Part shown: positions 1 to 7,371 of the stretch, in pieces
Numbering within the stretch: position 1 is the first letter of the stretch
Layout of the letters: every line of letters starts with the position of its first letter
Translations under genes and position numbers: made by a program
The notes under the pieces: model-generated
Seen by the model: the letters and a program-made list of their open reading frames with translations, nothing else
What the model was told of the DNA's origin: nothing
Databases searched by the model: none
Source: a virus
Lineage: Duplodnaviria; Caudoviricetes
Direction: 5' to 3' (one strand)
IMG/VR virus record: IMGVR_UViG_3300020043_004904
Coordinates: 1-25,686 of that record
Length of the DNA stretch: 25,686 nucleotides

Positions 1-1
1 A

Positions 2-856
2 CTTGACGATGGTGGTGGCGCAGCTATTGAAATCGACGGGCTTGCAGGTAACTCAACCCGTTGCATCCAAAAACACTTCCACAGCAAAAATCGTGTCGAT
101 GGTCAGAGTGTGTTGTCGCATATCCGTCTTGGTCGCGCCAATGCAGTCACGCTTGAGCAGTGTCACCCCGATGGCACTGTATCGCGTCCTGACATTTACT
201 CGGCTGCCGCTGCATCTTACGGATGGCTCACTCGCACCCAATTCACCAAAGTCACTGCACAGGTCGGCTATGGCGTGCCACGTCCTCATCCCGATGCTGC
301 TCGCGTCACTGATGGTTGGTATCAATCTGTCGGAACAACTCGTTTAGGAAACGGAGGTATTGACTGCTACGGCGCACTGATTGGCACACGTCTGCGCATC
401 GAAGTTCCTGCCGTAACTGGTGGCGAAGGTCGCGCAGATGTAATCGGCGGCAATAGCGGTAAGGCATCGGTACGACTCGGGACAACCAACAATATAAACA
501 CGTTCCGTCTGCAATTCTTCGGATCAAGCGGCAATGCGTATGTCCGTAATTTTGCTGGCAATACGCTCTACGAAGTTCCGACAGGTAGTTATCACAATTT
601 CCAATTTCGTGATGCTGGAACAGGCACGACCACAAGCCGCGCTCGCTTAACCGAAACCAGTTTTGACGTTTTGAACGGCCTGCGCATCGGTGCGATTGGC
701 GTAGGCGGTGTACTTGTTCGATCAGGCGCAGGAAGCCCCGAAGGTGTGCTTACTGCAAACATTGGCTCGCTGTATCTGCGCACCGATGGCGGCGCAGGCA
801 CAACGCTTTACATCAAAGAGTCCGGCGCTGGTAACACTGGCTGGGTGGCGAAATAA
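2..856 (+). CDS. Tailspike / tail fibre protein, C-terminal part (5' truncated by window edge)
   Basis: The frame of ORF 110..856 is open back to position 2 (LDDGGGAAIEIDG...). Gly/Thr-rich, ending in GAGSPEGVLTANIGSLYLRTDGGAGTTLYIKESGAGNTGWVAK, a motif I recognise from phage tailspike C-termini; lies upstream of the lysis genes. Confidence 0.75.
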   Translation, partial: LDDGGGAAIEIDGLAGNSTRCIQKHFHSKNRVDGQSVLSHIRLGRANAVTLEQCHPDGTVSRPDIYSAAAASYGWLTRTQFTKVTAQVGYGVPRPHPDAARVTDGWYQSVGTTRLGNGGIDCYGALIGTRLRIEVPAVTGGEGRADVIGGNSGKASVRLGTTNNINTFRLQFFGSSGNAYVRNFAGNTLYEVPTGSYHNFQFRDAGTGTTTSRARLTETSFDVLNGLRIGAIGVGGVLVRSGAGSPEGVLTANIGSLYLRTDGGAGTTLYIKESGAGNTGWVAK

Positions 857-868
857 GAGGGTAATGCA

Positions 869-1180
869 ATGTCTTTAGTAGTCCCAATGAGTGGCAACAA
901 CATCATTTTTGCTGGAACGCTGACTGATACAGAGGAGTTTCCCGTATCTGCTCGTGGTCGGCTTTTATCTGTGTTTATCACAGGCAGTCTTGGAAACTCG
1001 ATTACCGTGCATGGTGGTGTTCGCAATGCTGCTGGTGATTATGTGTGGGAGTTGATGGCGACATTGACTGTTGATGCATCTGGTATTGATACTGCGCAAC
1101 TGGTTAATTTTGGTCATCCGTTTGTCAAACTCGAAAATGCCAGCGGAACACCAAAAGCCACTGTGACTTGGAGTAATTAA
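869..1180 (+). CDS. Hypothetical protein, probably virion-associated (103 aa)
   Basis: SD-like GAGGG before ATG; tightly packed in the tail operon. Confidence 0.65.
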   Translation: MSLVVPMSGNNIIFAGTLTDTEEFPVSARGRLLSVFITGSLGNSITVHGGVRNAAGDYVWELMATLTVDASGIDTAQLVNFGHPFVKLENASGTPKATVTWSN

Positions 1181-1181
1181 C

Positions 1182-1898
1182 ATGGCTATTATTAATCCAA
1201 AATACGACCCCCTTGAGTTGGGTGCCGGTGCACCGGCTACAGTGCGCGGTACTGTGCTGACAGGTTTGTCTACAGCTACAGCCACACCAGTTACAGCAGC
1301 AGATACTGTTTTAGTGGCGGCGGGTAAGTTGCAAGCGCAAGCGACTGATAATGCTGCTCTATTACCGTCGTTTTTTGATACTGCGTGGTACAAGACCGGA
1401 TATTATTATGATGCTGTTTACCCGTACTACACGACCATATCGCCGACCACAGGTACGGTAGGTGTACTGTATCTCAACAAGCGCAAGATTTTGGATGATG
1501 TGACGTTTAACCAGTTGTCAGTCAACGTGACAATAGCAGCAGCAAGTAGCAATGTTTTTTATGGCGTATATGCGTCTGATGCAAATGGCTTGCCTTCGAC
1601 GCTATTAGCGTCGGGTTCGGCAAGTAGCGAGACAACAGGCCTTAAATCAACCGCTGTGACGCTTGCTTTGACAAAAGGGCAAGTGGTTTGGGATGCGTAT
1701 CTAAATACGGGTGCAGCGGTCAGTGCTACTGCATTCCAGCCGATTTTTCAAGATGGGGCGGTGAGTTCAATAGCCAACGGCACTGTAATGCTTACCAGAA
1801 CAAGCCAAACATCACTACCTGCGGACGCGAGTGTTGGCGGGGCATTTAGTCTGCTGACAACGTCAAGAATTCCCCGTGTCGCACTGAGGGCTGCATAA
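1182..1898 (+). CDS. Putative tail fibre / structural protein (238 aa)
   Basis: Thr/Ala/Ser-rich; the segment VLTGLSTATATPVTAADTVLVAAGKLQAQ resembles tail-fibre segments; stop overlaps the next start (TAATG). Confidence 0.6.
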   Translation: MAIINPKYDPLELGAGAPATVRGTVLTGLSTATATPVTAADTVLVAAGKLQAQATDNAALLPSFFDTAWYKTGYYYDAVYPYYTTISPTTGTVGVLYLNKRKILDDVTFNQLSVNVTIAAASSNVFYGVYASDANGLPSTLLASGSASSETTGLKSTAVTLALTKGQVVWDAYLNTGAAVSATAFQPIFQDGAVSSIANGTVMLTRTSQTSLPADASVGGAFSLLTTSRIPRVALRAA

Positions 1899-2323
1899 TG
1901 ATCAAATATATCGAAAAAGGTATTGGCCTACACGAGCATTTAAACATGCTTGGACTCGGCATCGCAAATATCGACGGCATCTGGCAATCGGTTAATGGTG
2001 CAAGTCACGATGATATAAACGCCGCTATCGCTGCATACGTCGCTCCCGTGCCTGATCTAACGCCGCGTCAGTTCAAAAGATTTTTTGCTCTGTCAGGTTT
2101 GGATGTTTTTATTGATCAGAGCCTGCCTGCTTTACGCGCCGCTAATCCCGAGCTGTATGCCGATGTGGTCAGTCAGTTAGATGGGGGCAAGGTGTTTTAT
2201 TGGGCGTTGACCAAGCATTTTATGACTCAGTTGCTAGAGATTTTTCCAAATGCACCCGCTGTTGATTTTGAACAGCTAAGGCAGTTGTGGATAGCTCAGT
2301 CAGATCATCATGTGCAACTTTAA
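1898..2323 (+). CDS. Hypothetical protein, possible tail fibre assembly chaperone (141 aa)
   Basis: Translationally coupled to the fibre-like gene; position typical of chaperones. Confidence 0.5.
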   Translation: MIKYIEKGIGLHEHLNMLGLGIANIDGIWQSVNGASHDDINAAIAAYVAPVPDLTPRQFKRFFALSGLDVFIDQSLPALRAANPELYADVVSQLDGGKVFYWALTKHFMTQLLEIFPNAPAVDFEQLRQLWIAQSDHHVQL

Positions 2324-2443
2324 CCGATGGATCTTTACATCTAAAAAAGGAAGGAATCATGCACGGGGCGCAGCAAGCACACTGACAGTTGCGGCTTACG
2401 CTAAAACTGTATTGCTCAAATTAGAAGTTTAAGGGAGGGGTCT

Positions 2444-2797
2444 ATGAGCGATCAAAGCGTATCGGCAATCTTAGCAGCAACTCACAAAACTGATTTGCTG
2501 CTGATTGGTTGCGGTATTGGGCTAACGCTTGGCGTAACGGCTGGGATTTTATACCCGTTGCCCGAAAGCAGCCGTGTTAAGTCGCTGTGGTTTAAGGCTT
2601 TATTGTCGGTCAGTGGCGGCTTGTCCGCATTTGTCTACGCTTTGAGCGAAGGTGCAATCGACGAAATGACGATACTATGGGTCGCTGGTGTCGCATTTGC
2701 TGCTCCAGCTGCTGCCGAGGCATTGCATACCATCACAGTCGGCATCGTCACCGGTGCCATCGAGGGCATTGCCCGTAAGTTGGGGGGCAAATCATGA
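2444..2797 (+). CDS. Putative holin / membrane protein (117 aa)
   Basis: Several hydrophobic segments, basic C-terminus, strong SD (GGGAGGGG), upstream of the endolysin. Confidence 0.6.
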   Translation: MSDQSVSAILAATHKTDLLLIGCGIGLTLGVTAGILYPLPESSRVKSLWFKALLSVSGGLSAFVYALSEGAIDEMTILWVAGVAFAAPAAAEALHTITVGIVTGAIEGIARKLGGKS

Positions 2798-3048
2798 TTT
2801 TTCCACCGTGTTATCTGTGGGCAATCTGCCTGTTGTTGTGTGTTGCTGTTTTATTTATCCCCGACCGATACTGCAATACATCCAAGCGGATAATTAACAG
2901 CATCGTGTTATGTGTGATTATCGCGTCACTTGCAGGCATGCAAGATTACATCACGGTGTCTGTGCTGTTTTTGGTGCTCGCTATTATTGTGTTTGCAGTC
3001 GGCATATTGCACGATCGGTTTGTGGGAGTGAGTCGAAATGAGTTTTGA
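2794..3048 (+). CDS. Second lysis-region membrane protein (holin/antiholin candidate, 84 aa)
   Basis: About three hydrophobic stretches; ATGA overlap with the previous gene; overlaps the endolysin start. Confidence 0.55.
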   Translation: MIFPPCYLWAICLLLCVAVLFIPDRYCNTSKRIINSIVLCVIIASLAGMQDYITVSVLFLVLAIIVFAVGILHDRFVGVSRNEF

Positions 3049-3526
3049 AAAGGCAATTGAGCGCGTCTTGGCTCACGAAGGCGGTTATGTCAACGATCCG
3101 CGTGACAATGGCGGGGAGACCAACTGGGGTATAACCATTGCTGTCGCTCGCGCTAATGGCTACCAAGGCTCAATGCGCACTATGTCCCGCGTGCAAGCCA
3201 AAGCGATCTATCGCAAACAGTATTGGGATGCAGTCAAAGCTGACCAACTGCCTTTTATCATCGCCTACCAGTTGTTTGACGCAGCAGTCAACCATGGCGT
3301 CCGCCGTGCCGTCATGCTGATGCAGCAATCCGTAGGCACAACGCAAGACGGGGTAATTGGTGGTAAGACGATACAAGCGATCAACAGCCGTGATCCACGG
3401 CAACTGGCCTTGCTGTTTAACGCGGTGCGGCTTGAGTTTTATGCAGGATTGGGCGACTTTGCGCATTTTGGCAAAGGATGGACGCGCCGCGTTGCTGCTA
3501 ATCTGCGGTTTGCAGCGACGGATTAA
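3038..3526 (+). CDS. Endolysin, glycoside hydrolase family 108 with C-terminal peptidoglycan-binding region
   Basis: HEGGYVNDPRDNGGETNWGIT catalytic motif, FDAAVNHG, DGVIGGKT and FGKGWTRR motifs. Confidence 0.92.
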   Translation: MSFEKAIERVLAHEGGYVNDPRDNGGETNWGITIAVARANGYQGSMRTMSRVQAKAIYRKQYWDAVKADQLPFIIAYQLFDAAVNHGVRRAVMLMQQSVGTTQDGVIGGKTIQAINSRDPRQLALLFNAVRLEFYAGLGDFAHFGKGWTRRVAANLRFAATD

Positions 3527-3586
3527 TATCCACCGCTTAAACATATCCCAAAAACGTGTCGAAAATACCGCAGAAAATCGACATGA

Positions 3587-3611
3587 AAAAGCCGCAACGT
3601 GTGCGGCCTTT
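3587..3611. terminator. Probable bidirectional intrinsic terminator between convergent operons
   Basis: AAAA-GCCGCA-acgtg-TGCGGC-CTTT hairpin with A and T tails. Confidence 0.6.
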
Positions 3612-3613
3612 GG

Positions 3614-3691
3614 TTACATCTCCACCGCATCATCACCGTCAATATCAGGGGTGTCGTTGCACCCCAAGTCCTGCTCTAGCCAAGGGGTCAT
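3614..3691 (-). CDS. Small acidic peptide MTPWLEQDLGCNDTPDIDGDDAVEM (25 aa; not in ORF track)
   Basis: ATG overlaps the TGA of the upstream gene (ATGA) and the stop lies just before the terminator. Confidence 0.35.
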   Translation of the reverse strand: MTPWLEQDLGCNDTPDIDGDDAVEM

Positions 3692-3978
3692 GGCGCTGTC
3701 CTCAATTCGACTAATTCGTTGTTTCGCGCCATCTCCAAAAACACCTCAAGCTCCGCGTAGTTTTTAATCCAAGCGTGTTTTCCGTTTGCGTGCGGGTAGT
3801 TTGGTGAGTTGCCGTAAAACGCCACGCTGTACTCATAGCGCAAATCTTCTTGAGCGCGAAAACCTTCTTCCCAAAAAGCAATAACGGCGCGAACCTCGCC
3901 ATTTCTGAATGAGTGCCAATCTCGCTCGCTCACAATCCGCTTGTCACAATCGCTTTGTTTCCGATCAAAAAAACTCAT
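3688..3978 (-). CDS. Hypothetical early protein (96 aa)
   Basis: ATGA-coupled member of the leftward operon. Confidence 0.65.
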   Translation of the reverse strand: MSFFDRKQSDCDKRIVSERDWHSFRNGEVRAVIAFWEEGFRAQEDLRYEYSVAFYGNSPNYPHANGKHAWIKNYAELEVFLEMARNNELVELRTAP

Positions 3979-4172
3979 GACCCGCTCCGCGCTTTGGCGA
4001 TGGCTTGCTCAATTGCATCCTCAGCCGCTAGTCGCGCCAGATGCGTGCCGCCTTTGATTTCAGCAGGCACGCGCTGCTCGTCAGCAAGATCAAAAACTTC
4101 TTTCGCGAGGTCGAGTCGCCCAGCGTCAGCTAGATACACGACCGCGTTGTAGATACCACGAACATCTTTCAT
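3975..4172 (-). CDS. Hypothetical early protein (about 65 aa)
   Basis: SD GAGGA upstream; coupled to the next gene. Confidence 0.65.
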   Translation of the reverse strand: MKDVRGIYNAVVYLADAGRLDLAKEVFDLADEQRVPAEIKGGTHLARLAAEDAIEQAIAKARSGS

Positions 4173-4182
4173 CACATCATCC

Positions 4183-4584
4183 TCAATCTAGGTATGCCCC
4201 ACCGAGTGGGGCTGTGGGTAGTGGCATCCAATGGGAGGGGTAGACAACATGCGGAACGTGGGATGTGTTGATTAGCCAACTGCCGCTAAACGCTTCGGTG
4301 TAACGCGCAACAAACGCGCCGCTGTGATCGCCATACTCGCTGTCAATCACCAAAACCCATGTGCCGTCTTTTGGTGCTGACTCCATCCCTCGCCACTCCT
4401 GCGCGGCTTTGAGTGCTGCGAGTTCGGCTTGCAACTTTTCGATCTTGATTGCTTGCATGTGGTTGTCTTGCTCAAATTCAGCAAGGCGGTTTGCAGCATC
4501 TTCGACCCATTCAACTGCGTCCGCGATTTGCTCGTTGTCGTCAAAACCTTCTTCAATGCCTTTGATTACATCTTTTGCTTTCAT
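4183..4584 (-). CDS. DUF551-like phage protein with N-terminal coiled coil
   Basis: WRGMESAPKDGTWVLV ... PSHWMPLPTAP motifs; SD GAGGA. Confidence 0.8.
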   Translation of the reverse strand: MKAKDVIKGIEEGFDDNEQIADAVEWVEDAANRLAEFEQDNHMQAIKIEKLQAELAALKAAQEWRGMESAPKDGTWVLVIDSEYGDHSGAFVARYTEAFSGSWLINTSHVPHVVYPSHWMPLPTAPLGGAYLD

Positions 4585-4620
4585 CTCATCATCCTCAGTT
4601 GCCCCCGAAGGGGCGGTGGG

Positions 4621-4746
4621 TTATCCAAAAAACGGATGGTAATACATCACCAATGCTGTCATCAGCGCGACAAACACGCTGACCATGATCGGTAGTGAGT
4701 CAAACGGGCTAAATAGCCCGTTTTGGTGGTGGTCGTTTAGGCGCAT
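4621..4746 (-). CDS. Small membrane peptide MRLNDHHQNGLFSPFDSLPIMVSVFVALMTALVMYYHPFFG (41 aa; not in ORF track)
   Basis: SD AGGAG upstream, overlaps the end of 4737..5102, one hydrophobic helix. Confidence 0.55.
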   Translation of the reverse strand: MRLNDHHQNGLFSPFDSLPIMVSVFVALMTALVMYYHPFFG

Positions 4747-5102
4747 GCTGCAAGCTCCTTTGCTTTGTCTTGTGCCAAGTTATCAAGATGCTCATTCAAT
4801 GCAGCTGCCTGCGCAAACGTCAATTCGATGGGCATGTCTTGCACGCACCAAACATCATCCGACCAATTGACCGCTTCGGCGTTGCCGATAACGCTTGGCT
4901 CATCGTAAAAAACCGTGTAGTCGCGGTCGTCATACGGTGCAAGACCGTGTACGGTGGCTGTGCATTGCGATGGCGCAAACTCAAGCTTGATATTCAGGCT
5001 GATAAACTCGCAGCCGTTGACAAGATTGAATGCGCAGTTGTCGCCGTCCATTTCGACCGACTTAACGTCGAACTGCATGTGTGGATAGGATGGTGCTTTC
5101 AT
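4737..5102 (-). CDS. Hypothetical acidic early protein (121 aa)
   Basis: SD GAGGAG; ATGA overlap with the upstream gene. Confidence 0.7.
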   Translation of the reverse strand: MKAPSYPHMQFDVKSVEMDGDNCAFNLVNGCEFISLNIKLEFAPSQCTATVHGLAPYDDRDYTVFYDEPSVIGNAEAVNWSDDVWCVQDMPIELTFAQAAALNEHLDNLAQDKAKELAACA

Positions 5103-5311
5103 GAGTAAATCTCCTCAGCCAAATGCTCAAGTCCAAGGTCTTGTAGCTGGTGCAGATCAATCAAAAACTGGTTTTGAATGTACGCCATGTGCTGAATGAC
5201 TTCTTCTGCGCGATACTTAGCGCCTTCGGTTGATGATTGATCAGCAATAACTCGCTGAGCTGCCGCCTTGACCTCTTCGCGCTGATCCCACTTGATCAAT
5301 AAGCCTTTCAT
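5099..5311 (-). CDS. Hypothetical early protein, first gene of the leftward operon (70 aa)
   Basis: Directly downstream of the leftward promoter. Confidence 0.7.
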   Translation of the reverse strand: MKGLLIKWDQREEVKAAAQRVIADQSSTEGAKYRAEEVIQHMAYIQNQFLIDLHQLQDLGLEHLAEEIYS

Positions 5312-5340
5312 GTTTTGTGTTCCGTTGACTTGGTAAGGCG

Positions 5341-5369
5341 ATAATCACACTTTACTGCTACGCTGTCAA
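5341..5369 (-). promoter_or_regulatory. Leftward sigma70-type promoter
   Basis: Minus strand TTGACA-17 nt-GATTAT with a TG extended -10. Confidence 0.65.
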
Positions 5370-5376
5370 CATAAAA

Positions 5377-5407
5377 TTGCTGCAATGTAGCAAAAAGATG
5401 CTACTAT
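5377..5407 (+). promoter_or_regulatory. Rightward promoter overlapped by an operator-like inverted repeat
   Basis: Extended -10 TGcTACTAT (5399-5407); inverted repeat GTAGCA-N6-TGCTAC (5387-5404). Confidence 0.5.
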
Positions 5408-5433
5408 ACAAAAACCAGATAACGGGAGCGGAT

Positions 5434-5637
5434 ATGAAAACCGATTGGAAACGAATACTGAAAGAGTTGCGTCGACACGGCATGACTCATGATCAAATTG
5501 CAGAATACCTGCAAAGAAATTGGCTTGAGTACACGAAAAGCTCTGTTGACAAACTCTCGCAAGGCAAGATTAACGAACCGCCACATAGTGTCGGCCAAGC
5601 AATCCTAAACCTCCATCAACAAAAAACCCGCGATTAA
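5434..5637 (+). CDS. Cro-like helix-turn-helix regulator (67 aa)
   Basis: GMTHDQIAEYL...KSSVDKLSQGKINEPPHSVGQAILNLH pattern; SD GGGAG before ATG 5434; divergent position. Confidence 0.75.
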   Translation: MKTDWKRILKELRRHGMTHDQIAEYLQRNWLEYTKSSVDKLSQGKINEPPHSVGQAILNLHQQKTRD

Positions 5638-5698
5638 GCGGGCTAAAGCGGCGGTGAGTACCAAGTCAACGCCGAAGGACACACGAGAGGATAGTAAC

Positions 5699-6157
5699 AT
5701 GAAACACGACGAGGTATCAACAGAGCAGCTTGCCGCCAATCTCGAAAAGCAGGTTGAGCAGTTGCGCGACACAATTACGGGCAGCGGCCTTGTTGACGAC
5801 GCTATCGAATCCGCCCACAGCCGTGAAAAAGCCGAGTTGCAAAAAGCTTTGGCTGCGCGGATCAACGAAGTGCAAAACTTGGCAGCAGACGTGGCGTATG
5901 AGCGTGAGAAAAACACGACTCAGGCCGAAAGCATCGGGCAATGCTTGGATGAAATTGACCGCCTAAAACGCCTTGTCGCCCTGCGCACCCAAGACCTTGC
6001 CGTGTATCAAAAAGAGCTTGAAGCAGCCAATAATCGCGCCGACGATGCTGAGTACAAAGTCGCCGAGCTTGAGCGCGATTTGGTTGTACAACGCGCATGG
6101 ACATGGTTGTTTGTCTTGCTCGCCTTTGTCGCTGCTGTTGTTGGGGTGGTCAAATGA
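5699..6157 (+). CDS. Coiled-coil protein with C-terminal transmembrane helix
   Basis: Heptad-like E/Q/L-rich body, C-terminal WTWLFVLLAFVAAVVGVV; SD GAGGA before ATG 5699. Confidence 0.7.
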   Translation: MKHDEVSTEQLAANLEKQVEQLRDTITGSGLVDDAIESAHSREKAELQKALAARINEVQNLAADVAYEREKNTTQAESIGQCLDEIDRLKRLVALRTQDLAVYQKELEAANNRADDAEYKVAELERDLVVQRAWTWLFVLLAFVAAVVGVVK

Positions 6158-6510
6158 TCAAAATGGACAAAACCTTTAAACCGCCAGTTCGCCCATCCAT
6201 TGAGCCAAAGCTGACCGAATCCGCCAAACTTGCCGCCGATATGGCCGCGTTTTTGGCAGCCGGTGGGCAGGTGCAGCAGGTGCAAGCGGTGTTTGACTTT
6301 AAAGATCCGCAAGGCCGCGTCCCTGTGGTCGGTAGTACCGCATACCGCGTGCTGATTGCGCTGTATCGCAATGCTTTGGCAAGCCCACCGCCAAAGCTTA
6401 AAAAGAGCGATGTTGTTAAGGGTGTGGGCTGGCTACGCACTTGGGGCTGGCAGATTGAGTCGATCCCGTTTAAGAGTAGCGCGTTTATTGGCTACAGGCT
6501 TGTACGTTAA
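6154..6510 (+). CDS. Hypothetical regulator: SutA-like motif plus possible winged helix
   Basis: ATGA-coupled start; LAADMAAFLAAGGQVQQV motif; C-terminal LRTWGWQIES...GYRL pattern. Confidence 0.6.
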   Translation: MIKMDKTFKPPVRPSIEPKLTESAKLAADMAAFLAAGGQVQQVQAVFDFKDPQGRVPVVGSTAYRVLIALYRNALASPPPKLKKSDVVKGVGWLRTWGWQIESIPFKSSAFIGYRLVR

Positions 6511-6514
6511 AACA

Positions 6515-6543
6515 AAAACCCCGCGTCATGCGGGGTTATTTAT
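6515..6543. terminator. Bidirectional intrinsic terminator
   Basis: AACCCCGC-gtcat-GCGGGGTT hairpin with A- and T-rich flanks between convergent genes. Confidence 0.7.
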
Positions 6544-6571
6544 TGCTGATATCGGTTATACCGATACTAGC

Positions 6572-6799
6572 TCAAGCGGGTTGACCTTGCTCAATGGCTA
6601 ATTCGTCATGGCGCTCTTGGGAAAATGCCCAATCAGCATTACGGTCGTGCATCAAAGTGGCGATATCGAGCGGTACAATCATCATTGCAGGATGGACAAT
6701 GACGTTGTGCACAAACTCGCGAGCAAAACGCTTATCTGTGCTGATTTTGATACCCAAGCCAACAGCTAATCCCAACAGCACAAATTGAATACGGCTCAT
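6572..6799 (-). CDS. Hypothetical protein with hydrophobic N-terminus (75 aa)
   Basis: SD GGAG upstream; ends at the terminator. Confidence 0.55.
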   Translation of the reverse strand: MSRIQFVLLGLAVGLGIKISTDKRFAREFVHNVIVHPAMMIVPLDIATLMHDRNADWAFSQERHDELAIEQGQPA

Positions 6800-6852
6800 T
6801 TTTCATGCTCCAAAAAACCATACTATCAATATTGGTCATAATAGAGCCATAA

Positions 6853-7140
6853 TTATAGCACAGCGCCAATTGCTCGCAACGCACCATCTACACTATTTAC
6901 CACGACCACATGCCCCTGCCACACCCGATGCCACTCGACCTGATCAGGCGTGAGCTTTTGTGCCGATGGCGGTTTGTTGCCGTCCTTCAATTCTAACAAA
7001 AACAATCTGTTACGGTATCCCACAAGCAAATCTGGACACCCATTGCCAACCGCAGCCAACGACTGCACAACAGCCCCGATCTGCCGCAAGGCTTGCACAA
7101 TCTCAGTTTGGTTTGCGTCTACTTTTGCTGCGCGGCGCAT
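6853..7140 (-). CDS. VRR-NUC-like PD-(D/E)XK endonuclease (resolvase candidate)
   Basis: MRRAAKVDANQ, GCPDLLVGY, LLELKDG and KLTPDQ..W motifs. Confidence 0.8.
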   Translation of the reverse strand: MRRAAKVDANQTEIVQALRQIGAVVQSLAAVGNGCPDLLVGYRNRLFLLELKDGNKPPSAQKLTPDQVEWHRVWQGHVVVVNSVDGALRAIGAVL

Positions 7141-7173
7141 GATGTGTACTCAGGTGGTTTTGCTTATGATAGC

Positions 7174-7207
7174 AAAAAGCCGTCGAACTCTGACCCTCGA
7201 CGGCTTT
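7174..7207 (-). terminator. Intrinsic terminator
   Basis: AAAGCCGTCGA-N10-TCGACGGCTTT hairpin with a U-tract on the minus strand. Confidence 0.7.
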
Positions 7208-7282
7208 GCTTGAATCTAGGATTCGATTAGGTGCAAGTGACTACGTTTTCCAGACGGCATTTCACTAGCATGTTAGGCAAGC

Positions 7283-7371
7283 CCAACAAAGCAATCATAC
7301 CACACCACCCCACCATGTCTAATCAGTTTTGCTTATTGATTGGAGCGGATTGATAAAGGAAAGTTATTAGA
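7283..7371. repeat. 89-bp direct repeat, copy 1 (contains a leftward promoter)
   Basis: 81/89 identical to 8197-8285 by manual alignment; minus strand TAGACA-16 nt-TATGAT with extended TG. Confidence 0.9.

Noticed and set aside
2-2323. Diversity-generating retroelement or invertible tail cassette
   Set aside because: No reverse transcriptase, invertase or template/variable repeat pair seen in the window.
4702-4723. Perfect inverted repeat AAACGGGCTA-AA-TAGCCCGTTT
   Set aside because: May be a terminator or operator but lies inside a plausible small ORF; not enough evidence to assign a role.
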